Shown here piece after piece: positions 24,721 through 38,139 of a stretch of DNA of 64,000 nucleotides. Numbering within the stretch: position 1 is the stretch's first letter; the number at the start of each line of letters is the position of its first letter. This stretch comes from Lama guanicoe (Eukaryota), in assembly GCA_013239625.1 (NCBI GenBank), contig MU056000.1, forward strand, positions 15,094,851 through 15,158,850. The letters run 5' to 3'. Below the pieces are notes generated by a model. That model was not told where the DNA came from and did not search any database. It saw nothing but the letters and a program-made list of their open reading frames with translations. The translations under genes and the position numbers were made by a program.

Positions 24721-27700
24721 TACTTTCTCTTAGGGGTAAAGCCAGCATTATTCAATTATTTTCCCTTATATATCATTATATCGTATGGAGTTATAGTAGC
24801 TGATAATGCTATTTTAAAACAACGATGGTTTTAATAAAAGATGAAGCAAATATTAACTCATTTGATGAGCACCATGTCAGTTAAACACAATATCAGTCCA
24901 GCACATATCTGCCATACTCTTTGTGTTGGAAACCTGAATTACTATTTCAGTTACAGAGCAAGACAACTCTGGAGAGTAGCCATAGCCTGCTCTATTCTGG
25001 AAGATGAAAGGAATAAAACATGATATTCCCCAACCAGAAAACCACTCACCTATCTCAGGCATATAAAAATAATTTAAAACTTCTTCAGATTTAAACAATG
25101 TAGTTATTTAATAGGCCATGGCTTTATTACACATATTTATAATGTTAAAATAAACTTTAAAAACAACCAAAACCCAAAACCCGCCCCCTAGCATAAAAAC
25201 AGTGCATTCCTTGGCTAGACTGATGTACAAACAAAACATGTTAATGATTTTAGAACATTTGAATGATAATATCTATTCTTGTGTCAACTCAGTCCAGAAG
25301 AACATTGAAGAGTTCCAACCACTAGTGATTCTTAAGTATGAAAATGGAACATGACTTCACCATTCACTTGTTTCATGAGTTAAAAAAAAATTCATGGAAT
25401 TTATGATATATCTAAAAGATATTTTAAATAGTAGTACTTTTCTAACTTTCTTCTTCTGATGAGTATTGACAGCCAGGAATCCTTAGACTGCACTGAGATG
25501 AAACAATGACCATAATGAGTCTCTCTCTCTCTCTCTGTCCCTCTTTCCTTTTCTCCCTCTCTCCCAAGGGTCATATATGTCTTGGTCCTGTAAGTGATTC
25601 TGTAGGTTATCTTCTTTATTTTTTGCCAGTATATGCTTGACTATATGATTCCTTTTCTGTCTGATTCTTTTTTTTTCCCTGAGACTACTGCTAAATAATA
25701 TTCTTCTTCCTGATTCTGAGTACTCTGATAAATGTTGTTGACTTAAGGTTATATGTCCATTCCATTAACTGATCAATGTTTCTACCCTCCATCCTGATGC
25801 CAGGAGTTCCCATTGGCATAAAGAGTACATGTAATTAATCAAGAGAGTAGTCATCAATAAAACAAATCATTAAACAGAAAACAAAAATGTCAGCACATGT
25901 GCAATCAATTAAATGAAAATGAAGAACGAATACCTAATATTTACATATGTCAGCTTAACTTGATTCCAACCATTGTAACTGCTTTGTTCTTACAGCTAGC
26001 TATTGCCATTTGTTAGTCATATAAAAATCCAGAATCATTTTATAGACCAAAAGTCAAAATCTTGATTTTTATCTAGTCCTCTTCATCATCCCCTTTTCTT
26101 CCCTTCTTAAATAATTCAGTTCAAAATCTTCTATGTGTGGCTGAGCAAGGTAGGTCAGTATCTGCCTGAAAAAGAGAGCTGAGAAACTCTAGCATCCTAG
26201 TGGTTGTTCAGAGTTCAAGCTGAATAAGGAGGACTTCTGCCTGGAAGGTCAACCCCATGAGTGTGATGTTCAAGGTTATAAAGAGAAAGAAGGGCGTCCC
26301 TGAGGTGGAGAGAACAAAAGTGGATGCTAGAGCATGAATGGGGTCATTAGGGAGTTTGCATAGGGTAGATTTTGGGTGTCAGTTACAAGAGGAGAATTGG
26401 TTACATACCGCAGAATTGATCAAATAAACCAATATATAAACATACGGGATTTTTTCATAATGTTCACATCATCGATTGATTGAACTTGCTTTTTATTTAT
26501 AAACAGCCTGCAGTCATAGATCTGCTGGATTGAATAATCTTGACTGTCATTTGGGACTTCCTGCTCTTCTTTACTTCCATTTAGAAAATAAATTCTGCTC
26601 AGATCTCCTTTCCTGGCCATTTGCAGCCGGATAAAGATGGCAGAAATCCTCCCCTAGCAATGCTACACCCGTATATTAGTGAAGGGGGAGGGTCCTGCTA
26701 AAACAGGCCTCCGGCGTGTTGCAAACAGATCATTTCCAAGTCACAGAATTGCTGAGCTAGAGCAGAAACTTCACAGGGTTCTATTTCAGTGTTGAGAAAT
26801 TGGAGAGACCAGCATACGGGGAAAAAATTGAGTTAAAAACTTTCAGTTAAAAAAAATGTTTTCTTAATACTTTCAGTAGAATAGAATAATAACCTTTTAA
26901 AAGCCCTTCTCAATAATCTTTCACGCAACATTGCACCAGCTCAACCGACAAAGATGCGGGGTCACTACTTTCGTCTAACCATCTATCTCATCTTTATCAC
27001 TTTATTGACTTTCTCCTTTCAAATGTCTTGAATATTGAATTCCAATTTCCTCCTTAAAGACACATTTCTTATAATGATGTGCAAACAGTTACACAATGGT
27101 TGTTTAGGAAAAATTCATTATAGTCCATTACTGAAGTCACAATGTAGGTACAAGCACTTTGGATCAGATAAGGAGCTCTATTGAGTAAGTTGTTGCCATA
27201 GCTCCGATGTGGGAAGTTTCTAATAAAAGTTCTATTTCTGGGTAGCATATTTTGGTATGGTATATTCAGATGCTGCCCACTGTTTTTGTACAGCTTCTTT
27301 GTATGCTAGTATGCATATATGAACCTTCTTTTACAGAATGTATTATGCCCACATCAGAAAAACAAAGGATGGTGGTTTTGAGAAGTAGAAAATCAAGTAG
27401 GCATGCTTTCTTTCAATTTTAAAAAAAGTCTCTTTTCAGCTCTGTTGAAAAATGCACATTACATGACATGACATTTATGCTGAAATCAGGTATGAGTTAT
27501 GTGAGAATGGAGGTTGAGTTTTGACAGAAAATTTTGCATTTATTACCTCTTTCTGAGGAAAGGTAATGAAGCAAGAAATGGTCACAAATAATAAGAAGCA
27601 GTTGAATACACAGCCATCTCTACCCTCGAAATTTTCAACCTCTATGGAGAAATATGCAGTTCTTTCAATCTTGTGTTAATATATGTAAAACAGTCTCCAT

Positions 27701-29457
27701 TTTCTGAAGACTTTCTTATATGACCTTCAAATGTCAGACATTTCTCTGCAACTTCAGATAATGCATAATATTTTAGTTTTGTTTGACTCACCACTTGATT
27801 TTAATTGACTCAGCTCCCATAAATGATTTATTCTCTCTTGAATTTACTAATCTTATCCATATAAATTGTTTTTATATTGACCAGTTAGTTAATTGTGTTA
27901 TTGACATTCCTTAGCAATAAGTTTGTAATGCTTAAAGGTAATTTAGTGTTGAAGAAAGAAAACTTTTTTTGTTTTTGTTTTTGCCAGAGAAAACTTACAT
28001 GGGCAGCCATTACATAAGGGAATGTCCTTGGTGAAATAACAAAAATGGTTTTTAGAACTGCACACCTAGGTATTGATAAAGTGAAACATTTAAAAATTTC
28101 TTTAAATCCAATTTCTTTATTTTTAAAACGACATTGTAATGGGCTCATGGGAAACTCAGTCCCAGCTATGATTGCTACTTGCTGCTTAGACATTGCACAA
28201 AAATTCTAGGTTTTTACACACATCTCCAAAGCACTTTGATGCTTCTTTGATCATGGTGATCCATCCCCTCTGGTCACCACCAAGAAATGCATTGTCTCAT
28301 CTGAAAAGCTTTTATCAGGTTCTAAGAATCTCCTATTTTCAGGCAATTCAAGGGGCAAGGGAAACTTTGATGATGCTAGAAAACATCTGAGGCTCAGTCA
28401 TCCATCTACAGCTATCCAGGAGAAAGACATACAGATGTCTATCCCCTTCCAAGTCAGGGAATGAAAATAATCTCATCTCATACTGTCCTGAAAGGTCCTT
28501 AACTCCCTCCCCCACCTCTCCACCCCTAAACAAACCTAATGCATACCATTTATTATGCTTGTACTTTTCAAAAGGCAACAACTGCTAATCGAATCAAGGA
28601 TTATTTGCTTTGAAGATTGTAAATATCCCTGGAGTGAGAGACTATGAAAAGTCTGGAACTGCTTGGAATAGGAGAAGGGAAATAATAGGAACAAAGTAAA
28701 ACAAAACGCATCACTCAACAAATTAGATTGAAACAATAAAAGATGATGGGAAGGCTCTAGGAGAATTTTCATTACCTGAAAAACAGTATCAATGGTCGTT
28801 TATGTGAGCTTCCTATAAAAACAAATAACCCAAGATTATAATGAAAGGAATACATAATTACGTTATTTTTTTCACAGAAGAAATTTAAAAATCCACTGAT
28901 GCTATAGAAGGCAGTGCATATAGTTGCTTGTTATTTAATCTACCTTAAATCAATCCTTAGGCAGTGGCAATAATTGGAAGAGTTTTGTGAAGTGGGAACT
29001 ATACAATCACAAAAATTCTTAGTCGTGTTTCTGTAACTAATATGATTGTGCAAAGCCAATCTTTAGGGAAAAGAAAACAACAGGAAATATACTTGGACTT
29101 AGTGAATTTATTTCTACTCTTTATTCAATAACATATACTGAGGACAAATTTTTTGGAAGTAAATTGGCTTACCTGAAGAAATTTTAAAAAGTTAAAACTG
29201 TAGGTCACATAGATATTACATTCTTGTGGGAGAAGACAGACTATGAATGCATAGCAGATAAGACACATTCTGAGTTACTAAGAAAGGAAAAGGGAAAGCC
29301 TCATGATTCCTGTGATTGAAGGCAGTTGGGAGGATAGCTAGGGGAAACCTTTTTGAAAGAAAACTTTTGAGCTGTGAACTAACTAAATGGTGAGAAAATC
29401 CATCTATGATAAAACCTGGATAAAGAGCATTGTAAGTCAAATTGACAGTAAATGCAA

Positions 29458-29581
29458 CCTATAATAAAAAAGAATATGGAAAGGAATATATGTTTGTGTG
29501 CATATGGCTGAAACATTATGCTGTACACCAGAAATTGACACAGCATTGTGAACTGACTATAGTTAAAAATTTTTAAAAAAG
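29458..29581 (+). mobile_element. 5'-truncated camelid-type L1 3' tail
   Basis: cctataataaaaaagaatatgg...tgaaacattatgctgtacaccagaaattgacac...A tail; perfect 11-bp TSD agtaaatgcaa at 29447-29457 and 29582-29592. Confidence 0.9.
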
Positions 29582-29622
29582 AGTAAATGCAAATTGTATG
29601 ATACAGACACAGAAGAAAGTAA

Positions 29623-30090
29623 AGATATTCGTTCCCTACAGATGCTGTAACAGATTACCATAAACAGTGCTTTAAAACAATAGAAATGTACTCTCTCACA
29701 ATTCTGAAGCCTGGAAATCTAAAGTTACTGAGCTAAAATCAAGATTCCGACCAGGCTGCCATCCCTCCAGAGGCTCCATTCCTTGCCCTTGCCTCTTCCA
29801 GCTTCTGATGGCTGCCAGCATTCCTGGGTTTGTTGCCACAGCATTCGTTTCTGCCTCCATGATCATACTGCCACTTTCTCTTCTGGGTCTAATCTACTTC
29901 TGCCTCCTTTTTATAAAGACACTCCCAATTGCATTTATGGCACATTCAAAAAATTCTGAATAAACTTTCCAACTCAAGATCATTAATTTAATCACAGGTA
30001 CAAAGTTATTTTTTTCACATAGGGTAACATTCACAGGTTGTGGAGATTAGGACATATGCATATTTGGCATCCATTAATCATGATACCACA
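29623..30090 (-). mobile_element. MaLR LTR (MLT1C/D-like)
   Basis: gctgtaacagattaccata...ccttgcctcttccagcttctg...ggtaacattcacagg...gattaggaca...taccaca. Confidence 0.9.
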
Positions 30091-30235
30091 ACAAATGTGG
30101 CTGAGACAGAGGGATAGAATAAAAAGAGTTGGGGGAGCTAAGGTCCAATAAATAGTGATGAGTCAGATTATTTTGTTCTTTTAAATCAAGATAAGAACTT
30201 CACGTTTTATTCTGATATCAATACAGTTGAGCTTT

Positions 30236-30335
30236 TTTTTAAATTGTAGTACAGTCAATTACAATGTGTTGATTTCTGATGTACAGCTCAATGTCCCAGT
30301 CATGCATATACATACATATATTCATGTTCATATTT
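30236..30335 (-). mobile_element. 5'-truncated camelid-type L1 3' tail
   Basis: Poly-T then tacagtcaattacaatgtgttgatttctgatgtacagc...; 16-bp TSD aatacagttga(g/c)cttt at 30220-30235 and 30336-30351. Confidence 0.9.
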
Positions 30336-30339
30336 AATA

Positions 30340-30583
30340 CAGTTGACCTTTGAACAACAGAGTTTTAAACTTACAAGAAGGTATTTTTTAATGGTAAATG
30401 CTACAGTATTACACAATCCGTGACTGGTTGAACCCGGGGGTGTAGAACTGTGGATATGGCTATGGAAGAATCTCGGAAATAAAGAAACCCTGTAGAAGGA
30501 GGATCAGCTATAGCTTATAGGCAGATTTTTGACCATGCAGAGGGTCGGCGCTCCTAACCCCCACGTTTTTCGAGGGTCAGCTG
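30340..30583 (+). mobile_element. MER8-like (Tigger2-derived) Tc1/mariner MITE
   Basis: Terminal inverted repeats cagttgacctttgaacaac ... gtttttcgagggtcagctg, flanked by TA on both sides. Confidence 0.9.
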
Positions 30584-32462
30584 TAGTAAGCTACTAGTGG
30601 ATCAGCAGTGTTGGTAGAAGTTAATCAAAGAGTGACATGGTCAAAGGTATTATTTGGAAAATTCAATCTGACCTGTAAAGTACCACCCTGGTTACAGAAA
30701 TATTATTTAGAACTTTGTTGCTATGGTCCAGAGACAAGCTTACTTGATGAGCATTTTAGCAGTAGAGATGGTAGACTCCCCATATCTGGAATATAATGTA
30801 GACACAGTGCTAGGTGATCTATTGAATGACTGCACACTATATGTAAAGGAATAAAGCAAACACATACCAGCAAATTACTTTTAGACTTTTAGTTTGAGCA
30901 ACTGAGTGGATGATAAAGTTACCTTCTAGGAAGTAGAACACTGGTGAGAAGTGGGTAAGTGTGTAGAGGTGACTGCAGGTCTGATTTGGGCATTTTAAGG
31001 GAGATTTGTTTACTATACATCCAAGGAGCAATTATAGAAAATATAATTGGATGTTAAAGTTTCAACCACAAAAGAGGGCTTAGAACTGCAGATGTAGAGA
31101 TGGAGGCATCAGCACCCAACCAAGATACAGAGTAGTGGACAGATTCAAGAGAAAGTGAATGATTGGATGTATAAACCATGGAAGATGGACAAGTCAAGAG
31201 GACCTCAAGCTTTCTGGCTTTGGAAATATGATGGATTTTGTTTCTATTTATTGAAATAGAGACCATGGAACAGAGGAATGTTTCATAGACTCACAGCAGA
31301 AAGCTAGGTCCCCTATATATATAGATGGGGTTTCAGAAGTCTCTAAGATATTTCCAAAAGATATGGTAGAAATGAGGATAAAAAAATTCCTTTAAAGAGG
31401 AATCAGAAATCAGGGTGAAAATATATGAGATTTATTATCTCTATTATTTTCTATGTCATATAGACTTGGCAAAACAAGAGGCTGGAGAATGATTAGACAT
31501 AATTATATATGAATAATTAAACGTGAAGAATGTAGGCAAAGAAACATAAAGGATGACCATGTCTAATAAGAATGCATGTTTACTCATTAATAGTCAAAAA
31601 TACACAATAATCTTAGATAAGGTAAACTAATAAGATCCTGATGAGACACAGGACTATAGAAAAAAAATGCTTAGTGGAAGCAATATTATTTTCTAAAGCT
31701 TTATCATAATGAGTTCTTATTTAAATGTAAGTAAAATACACTTTTCTAAGTTTATAACATTTTACATTATAGTTTTTACAGACTGTATTTTCTTACTTGC
31801 TCCTTCCCAAGACCTTTGCTCTTGTTTTGTCTTTAGTCTTTTTTGTCCTGTTCAACTTTTCAGAGCATCATATTAATAGTAGAAATTATACATATATGCA
31901 AATACACATATCCACATACACATACACATATATATATATCCAATTTAGTCAATATGTTTTTTCTTTTTCCCCAGTAGCTCTAAGTGTATTTAATCAGTAA
32001 CAAAGGTTTATTAGTTCTTTAAGGAAAGGAAAATAATATTTCATAAACAATTTATATTTTGAATATTTTTTCTAAATCCTAAAAAAAGCTAATATAATTG
32101 ATTTTAAATGATTAAAAATGTACTTAATTCAGGTAAATGGTAGCATATGTTCTATTATAACAGCTGGTTTAAAAACACTTATGTTAACACAAGTAAACTT
32201 CCTATTGATGTAAATTTTGGCTTGTTCATGGAATTATTGACTCTAAGTGTTACTTTAGAGGCTACCTTGATCAATGTCCCATGCAATATATAATCCTCAG
32301 CTGAGAACAGAAATTTCCTCTTCCTTAAAATTAATTCATTGTGTGCAGGTCTGCTGATTTCATCTACAGTTGGTATTCTTTTCTTTCTACTTCCTGTCTC
32401 TCAAGTTCAGATTCAAGCGATAATGCAAGAGATTCTCTGCAAAAGTTCCTTCCTTTTCCTCT

Positions 32463-33077
32463 TGTGATCAGTAGGTTCTAAGATGACCCCTTATGATCTC
32501 TGCATCCTGCGAGTCATGCTTTTGTGTAATCCCCTCCATCTGAGCATGGGTGAGACCTCTGACTTGCTTCTAGCCAAGAGAATATGTCAAATGTGATTGA
32601 GATGCCACTCCATGTCTACGTTATATTGTAAACATGATAACTTGTTTAATAGACTTAGTCTATTGCCTACTAGCCTTGCATTCTTTGATGAAGCAAGGAA
32701 CTAAGTTGGGAAGACCCACTGGCAAGAAACTGAGAGCAACCTCTTTCCAACAGTTTCCTAGGGATGAAGGGTGGCCTTCAGCTGACAGTCCCCAAGGAGC
32801 TGAAGCCCTCAAGCCAACAACTCACAAAAAAAACCCCACTGAATTTGGCCAACAACTACACAAGCTTGAAAGCAGATTCTTTCCCAGTTGAGCTTCAAAT
32901 GAGAACATAACCCTAACCAAAATTTTTATTGCAACCTTATGAGAGACCTTGAATAAGTGGACCAGATAAGCTGGGTTTGGTCTCCTGACCGACAGAAACT
33001 GTTAGATAATATATGTGTGCTGTTTTTGGCTGCTAAGTTTTCTGAAATGTAGTATGCAGCAATAGATAACTAATATA
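32463..33077 (+). mobile_element. MaLR solo LTR (MLT1E-like), near full length
   Basis: tgtga...ttctaagatgacccc...gacttgcttctagcc...tgatgaagcaag...acagaaactgttagataat...gcagcaatagataactaata. Confidence 0.9.
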
Positions 33078-34879
33078 TTTATGAACAGAATTTCTTTCCT
33101 TAACTGTGGCCAATTTCATCTACGTCCCTGAATTTGTGTCTTTCATATTCATGTGAACTTCCCTGATCTTTTTAATCACTTTCAGCCCTAGCTCTTTTAG
33201 AATTACAAATGTGTAAGTCTTTTAGACAGAAAGAAATCTTAATCTGAAAATTTCTGCATTCTAAGCGTATAATTCTTGCAAAAACGCATACACTATTTAA
33301 TGAGTAGTGTCTTCAAATTTTACAAAATGTAAAAATAAAAGAGGTAATACTGACATTTCAGACATTTCCTTGTTGTTAGAGGCTGTAACATATAGTTTAT
33401 ACATATACACCTACACAAATATGTTTTTTGTATATATATTTTATACATACACACACGTTATATATACACATATAAATATATGTGTGTGTTTATATACAAT
33501 TCTACCTATATAAATTATCTATTTATGATAAATACATGCTAAAAATGTATTAAAATATCAACCATAGCCATGACTATTTTTTAATTTTTTAACATTGCAA
33601 ACGCCAATACAAGTCAGTATTAGTGGACATTTTATCATCCTTGCTCCTAAAGAAAATTATGTTTCTATTTTAAGTGTGACACATATGGTAGTAACCTTTG
33701 TGTGACAATCTTGCTCACATTCGGCATTTGCGACACCAGATTGCCCGTTTCTCAGGAATTTGAGATGATGTGAATAGTAATTTTGAGTTAAATAAAAGAC
33801 AGCAGGCTGTCAATTCTGGGCAGCTTTTTAATTCACCTGTTTGAAAGTCCAGATGTAATGCCGTAATGTTTAATGTCTTTTTGTGGACTGGGATGGAATA
33901 ATTCTTTTTTTCTTTTCCCTTCTCTCCTTTTCAAATTTTAATAACTCTAGGGAAACTCAGAGGCAGTAATTCATGAGTTTCATGGAGAGTTTCAGCAGAG
34001 AGCTCTGCCATTTTTCAAGCTTTTAAAATACTGTTTCTTTTACTAAAGACTACATAGCTCTGTTTATGACTTGGTCCTTCTTTCATTCAAAATATCAGAA
34101 GGAAGTAATGCTTAATTTTAAATGTATGTGTGTTTATGTATATGTATAGATATGTATGTGTGTATGTGTATTTTTCCCCAAAGAATTTATCAGAGGACAT
34201 TGTGGAACATTTAGTGTAACAAAATATCATGTAAATATCTACTTTCAGATTTATGGGTGTGAAAATTTAAGTAAATTGGAAGAGTTCTTTGGTGAGATAT
34301 TGAAAGAATATGCAGTAGATTCTCAACCTGAAACATCCAAATGTAATTTTTGGGGAAGCTTTAGGAATCTCAAAATAAACCATCTTGTACGCAGTATTAA
34401 CAACCAGAAGACAAATAAATATAATATGTGTTTCCACAAAGCTTTGGATAGGAAAGATTTCCCATATTTTTAGATTTTCTAACAAAGCTTGAAAACTAAT
34501 TTATTGAGTATGCATATATTCTCCATCTAGATTTAAAAATTTTAATAATTTTCTGTGAATACTTAATCTTTTTAATTTCCCTATACATCATCTGATTTGC
34601 TATACCATTTGAAAATAGTTTGCCAAAATATATATCAGCATATCTTAAGAAAAAATAATCCTCCACATAATTTGTGAACCCCATAGGACACCTATACAAA
34701 TAAAAAAATCCATAATACAATTGAATAGCCAGATAATGTTTAAATTTCCCTATATCCACAACATTTTCTTAAGCTATTTTATTTTTCTCCACATTAAGAT
34801 CTAGTTGAGATTGACACATTACATTCAGTGACTGTGTCACTTTAGGATCAAGGTTTCTAATGAACCAACTGAGAAATGT

Positions 34880-35295
34880 CAACTGTCAAATCCTCAAATA
34901 ACAATCAAAAAACCCACTTGTTGGGAAAAAAAGATCATTTATTAGGTTTCTTGAAGTAATAACCGATCCCGATAGATTTTGGTATTGTTTCAAAATGGGA
35001 AAATTAAGGAGGAATATGAGTTTTTAGGGCTTCACTGAAAACCAAAGAACAAGCTGGGAGTTGGCAGTTTATAGCGTGAATGCTTTGGACTGGTTTGGCC
35101 CAATAAGAGGAGATCCTTTAGTGACCTTGAATAAATTGCTAGTCCTGAAAGGTAAGCTAATTAGTTCATAATCTTAACTTCCAAGAGCTAATATTTCCTG
35201 GAGCAAACAGCTAAGTTGCTGCTGCTTCCTTTTTTCTTTTAACTGCCTGGACCCAGAACTGTTTAACACAAACATAGGTTTCAATTCTTAGAAAC
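34880..35295 (-). mobile_element. Probable ERV LTR (ERV1-like), family unassigned
   Basis: atttattagg (antisense AATAAA) near the left end and LTR-like composition (atttcctggagcaaacagctaag). Confidence 0.4.
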
Positions 35296-35369
35296 TATTG
35301 AAATCCAGAAGATAATGAATCTGCTATATAGATTCAAAAAGTTCTTGGTAGGAAAGGTTTTCCCCTAAT

Positions 35370-35727
35370 TTTTAAATTATATATGTTTTTCAAACATACA
35401 AAAATATAGAATGGTACAATTGTCATTCATTATAACATAGATTCAGAAATGTTTAAATATTGTTATACTTATACCTTTGGTTTATCTATCTCAGCATATT
35501 CTAAGAAAAATTCCATCTCTTTGTATCATCAAGCTAACACCACACCTAAGAAAATTAGCATAAACCATAATCTCATCCATCAGTCGCTATAAATTAAAGT
35601 TTTCTCCGTAATCTGAAAATAAATCTTAAGCTTTGTTACTTTTCTCTTGAACAAATACCTGATTTTAGTTCTTGCATTATACCCGGTTGTCTCGCTTTAG
35701 ATTCTTTTATTCTAGAACAACCTCTCA
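35370..35727 (-). mobile_element. L1MC4/5-like 3' UTR fragment
   Basis: tttcaaacatacaaaaatatagaat...cacacctaagaaaattagc...ttgcattatacccggttgtc...ttctagaacaacc. Confidence 0.7.
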
Positions 35728-36459
35728 ATGTACGTGCTGTAATAAAGTATTGGAATCATTGGAGGGTTGATATTTACATAGAATTCTATGTGAGTAAATA
35801 CAAATTTTTTCCAATATTGTTTTTAGACTATGTGTTAAAATGCATTTCTGAATATAACATTAGTATGACACACTGAATGGTTATTTGAGATTGTCTAAAC
35901 CAGAAAATTAAATTGATTAAAAATTGGATTAAGATTATTAATACAGATACTACACTGCAGTTCTTCTATTTTAGGAGCATGCTTTACTGAATTTAGACTA
36001 ACAATGAACATTTTCTTTAATGGGATTGTATTTCATATCCTGGGTATCTGTAAAACCAACTAAGATCTATCTGCCATACAGTTAATTTCTTAAGGAAACA
36101 ACGCCCATCAGAAATTTTCTAAGTTATGGTTGGAATGAGTGAAAGAGCTTACAAAGCCATCTCTGCAATTTCCATGTAAATATTTAAGATTACATCTATA
36201 CCATCTGGTAGGTATTTATTCAATGCCTGACCTAGAAGGGGCACTTTTAAGGCATTAGGGACAGAGCAGGTGACCTCTAATTGGTTTGGTTTGAGAAAGG
36301 CTTCATTTGCTCTCGCAGGGATGCAATTTTCTTGTTTGCTTGTCGATTTTCCCTTGCCCCTGCTCCAACAGATCTTCACACATATACTTCCCAAGAGTAC
36401 AGAGCTTACAAGCATTCACCCAACAGCTTAAAGCTTTTTGTTTGTTTGCTTTTGGTTTT

Positions 36460-36947
36460 TCTCAGTAGAGAAAGATCCCTGAGCAGGGCTCTATGTCTAT
36501 ACTCTTCCCATGCCTGGACCACTGATGGTGTTTCTCTTTTCTCTGAATTTTTCTCAAGCACGGGGAAATTCTACTGAGATGAGCTTGAAAGTGGATGCAG
36601 ACTATTTTGTGCCTGTACTCCCCAGGATATAAATGTCACCGCCACCACTGCCCACTCAGCCTTCAGCAATTCCTTGGAAAACTTTATCTGGACTCTCCTT
36701 ACCTGGTTCCATGGTCAGCCATCTTCCTCCCATCCTCTGACCCAGATGAGTCAGTGCTCACATCCTGTATCTCCCTGAAGTAGCTTTTATCATTAGCTTT
36801 CAGGCCAGTTAGTAGCTTTGGGAATTCAGCTCTCTTCTGGGTTTGAAAAAATTTATAATTTTACAGACTGGTCACTTTTTAGTTTTTGCTGGTGTGGAAT
36901 CTACATTCTTTTCAGATTTTTATATTTTAGGCAATAGCTGAAAGTTC
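36460..36947 (-). mobile_element. Old L1 5' UTR (L1M/L1MB-type)
   Basis: cagccttcagcaattcc...gtgctcacatcctgtatctccctg...cagctctcttctgggtttgaaaaaatttataattttacagact...ttttatattttaggc. Confidence 0.7.
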
Positions 36948-37421
36948 ATGATGTTTAGTTGTGTTGTTTGCCTTCTTATTGAGTTACGAGCTGGCTCGTT
37001 TACTATATCCTGGATGCAAATCCTTTGTAAGGCATGTAGATTTTAAATATTACCCAATTTAGCGTCTTGCTTTGTCATTTATTATTTTTTCTAAAGCATG
37101 TCCTCTAAAAAGTGGGAGATTTAAATTTCAAGGAACTGAACTTAAATTTATTCTTTTATAGTGTATTTTTTACATCCTGTCTAAGAAACCTTTGCTTAAC
37201 ATCAAAGCAACAAAGACTGCATCCTATTACTTTTAGATTCTTGGTAACTTTAACTTTAATGTTTAAGTCTATTTCAGTACTTTTATTTATTGTGTGAGAT
37301 AAGCATGAGAATTTTATATACAAATATATAAATATAAATACATATATCCAATTGTCTCAACATCATTTGTTGAAGTGACCTTCATTCCCCATTGAATTCC
37401 TTTGATAAATCAATTTGCCAT

Positions 37422-37808
37422 TCTATTAGTTTCCTGGGGCTATAGAAACCAAGTAATCCCAAACTAGGCAGCTTAAACAACAGACGTTTCTTAGTTCTGG
37501 AAGAAAGAAGTCTGAAATCAAGTTCAGCAGCTGCACAGCTGACACTTTCTGAGTGCTGTGAGCAAGACTGTTCGTGTCTCTGCTGGCTTCTGGTGGCCAC
37601 AGCCATTCTCCCTGCAGTGTATTTCTATGTCTGTGTCTATGTTTTCTCTTTTTATAAAAGCACAATCATATTGGATTAGGACCCATCCTAATGACCTCAT
37701 CCTAACTTGAATATTTGAAAAGACCCTATTTCCAAATAAGATCGCATCCCCAGATACTCGGGTCAAGACTTCAGCATCTTTTGGAAGGACACAACTCAGT
37801 CCGTAGCA
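37422..37808 (-). mobile_element. MaLR LTR (MLT1B-like)
   Basis: tattagtttcctggggct...gcagcttaaacaacaga...tcatattggattaggacccatcctaatgacctcatc...ctatttccaaataag. Confidence 0.9.
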
Positions 37809-38139
37809 CTATATATGTGCTGGTTTATTTTTGGTCTCCCTATTCAGTTTTGTTTGTCTATATATTTATCCTTGCACCAAAAGTATAATGTCTTCACTCC
37901 TGTAACTTCTCAATAAGCACCGGTATTAGGTGTACATTTTAGAATCATATTATCAAAATTTTCACACACATACACACACAACCCTGCTGGATTTTCATTC
38001 TGATGACATTTAGTATATAGATAAATTTAGACAGAATTGATAACAAATCTTCCAGTCTATAGGCATGCTGTATCTCCTCATCTATTTATTTATTTTTATA
38101 AAATGTCTCTCAAAATGTTTTGCAGTTTCCAGTGTACAA

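Larger units (their letters stand above)
29240..31400 (-). mobile_element. L2 LINE, fragmented by four younger insertions
   Basis: Colinear antisense-L2 pieces (ttttgagctg; aatgtggctgagacagag; agtgacatggtcaaa; gtttgagcaactgagtggatg; tatacatccaagg) separated by two L1 tails, an MLT1 and MER8. Confidence 0.75.
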
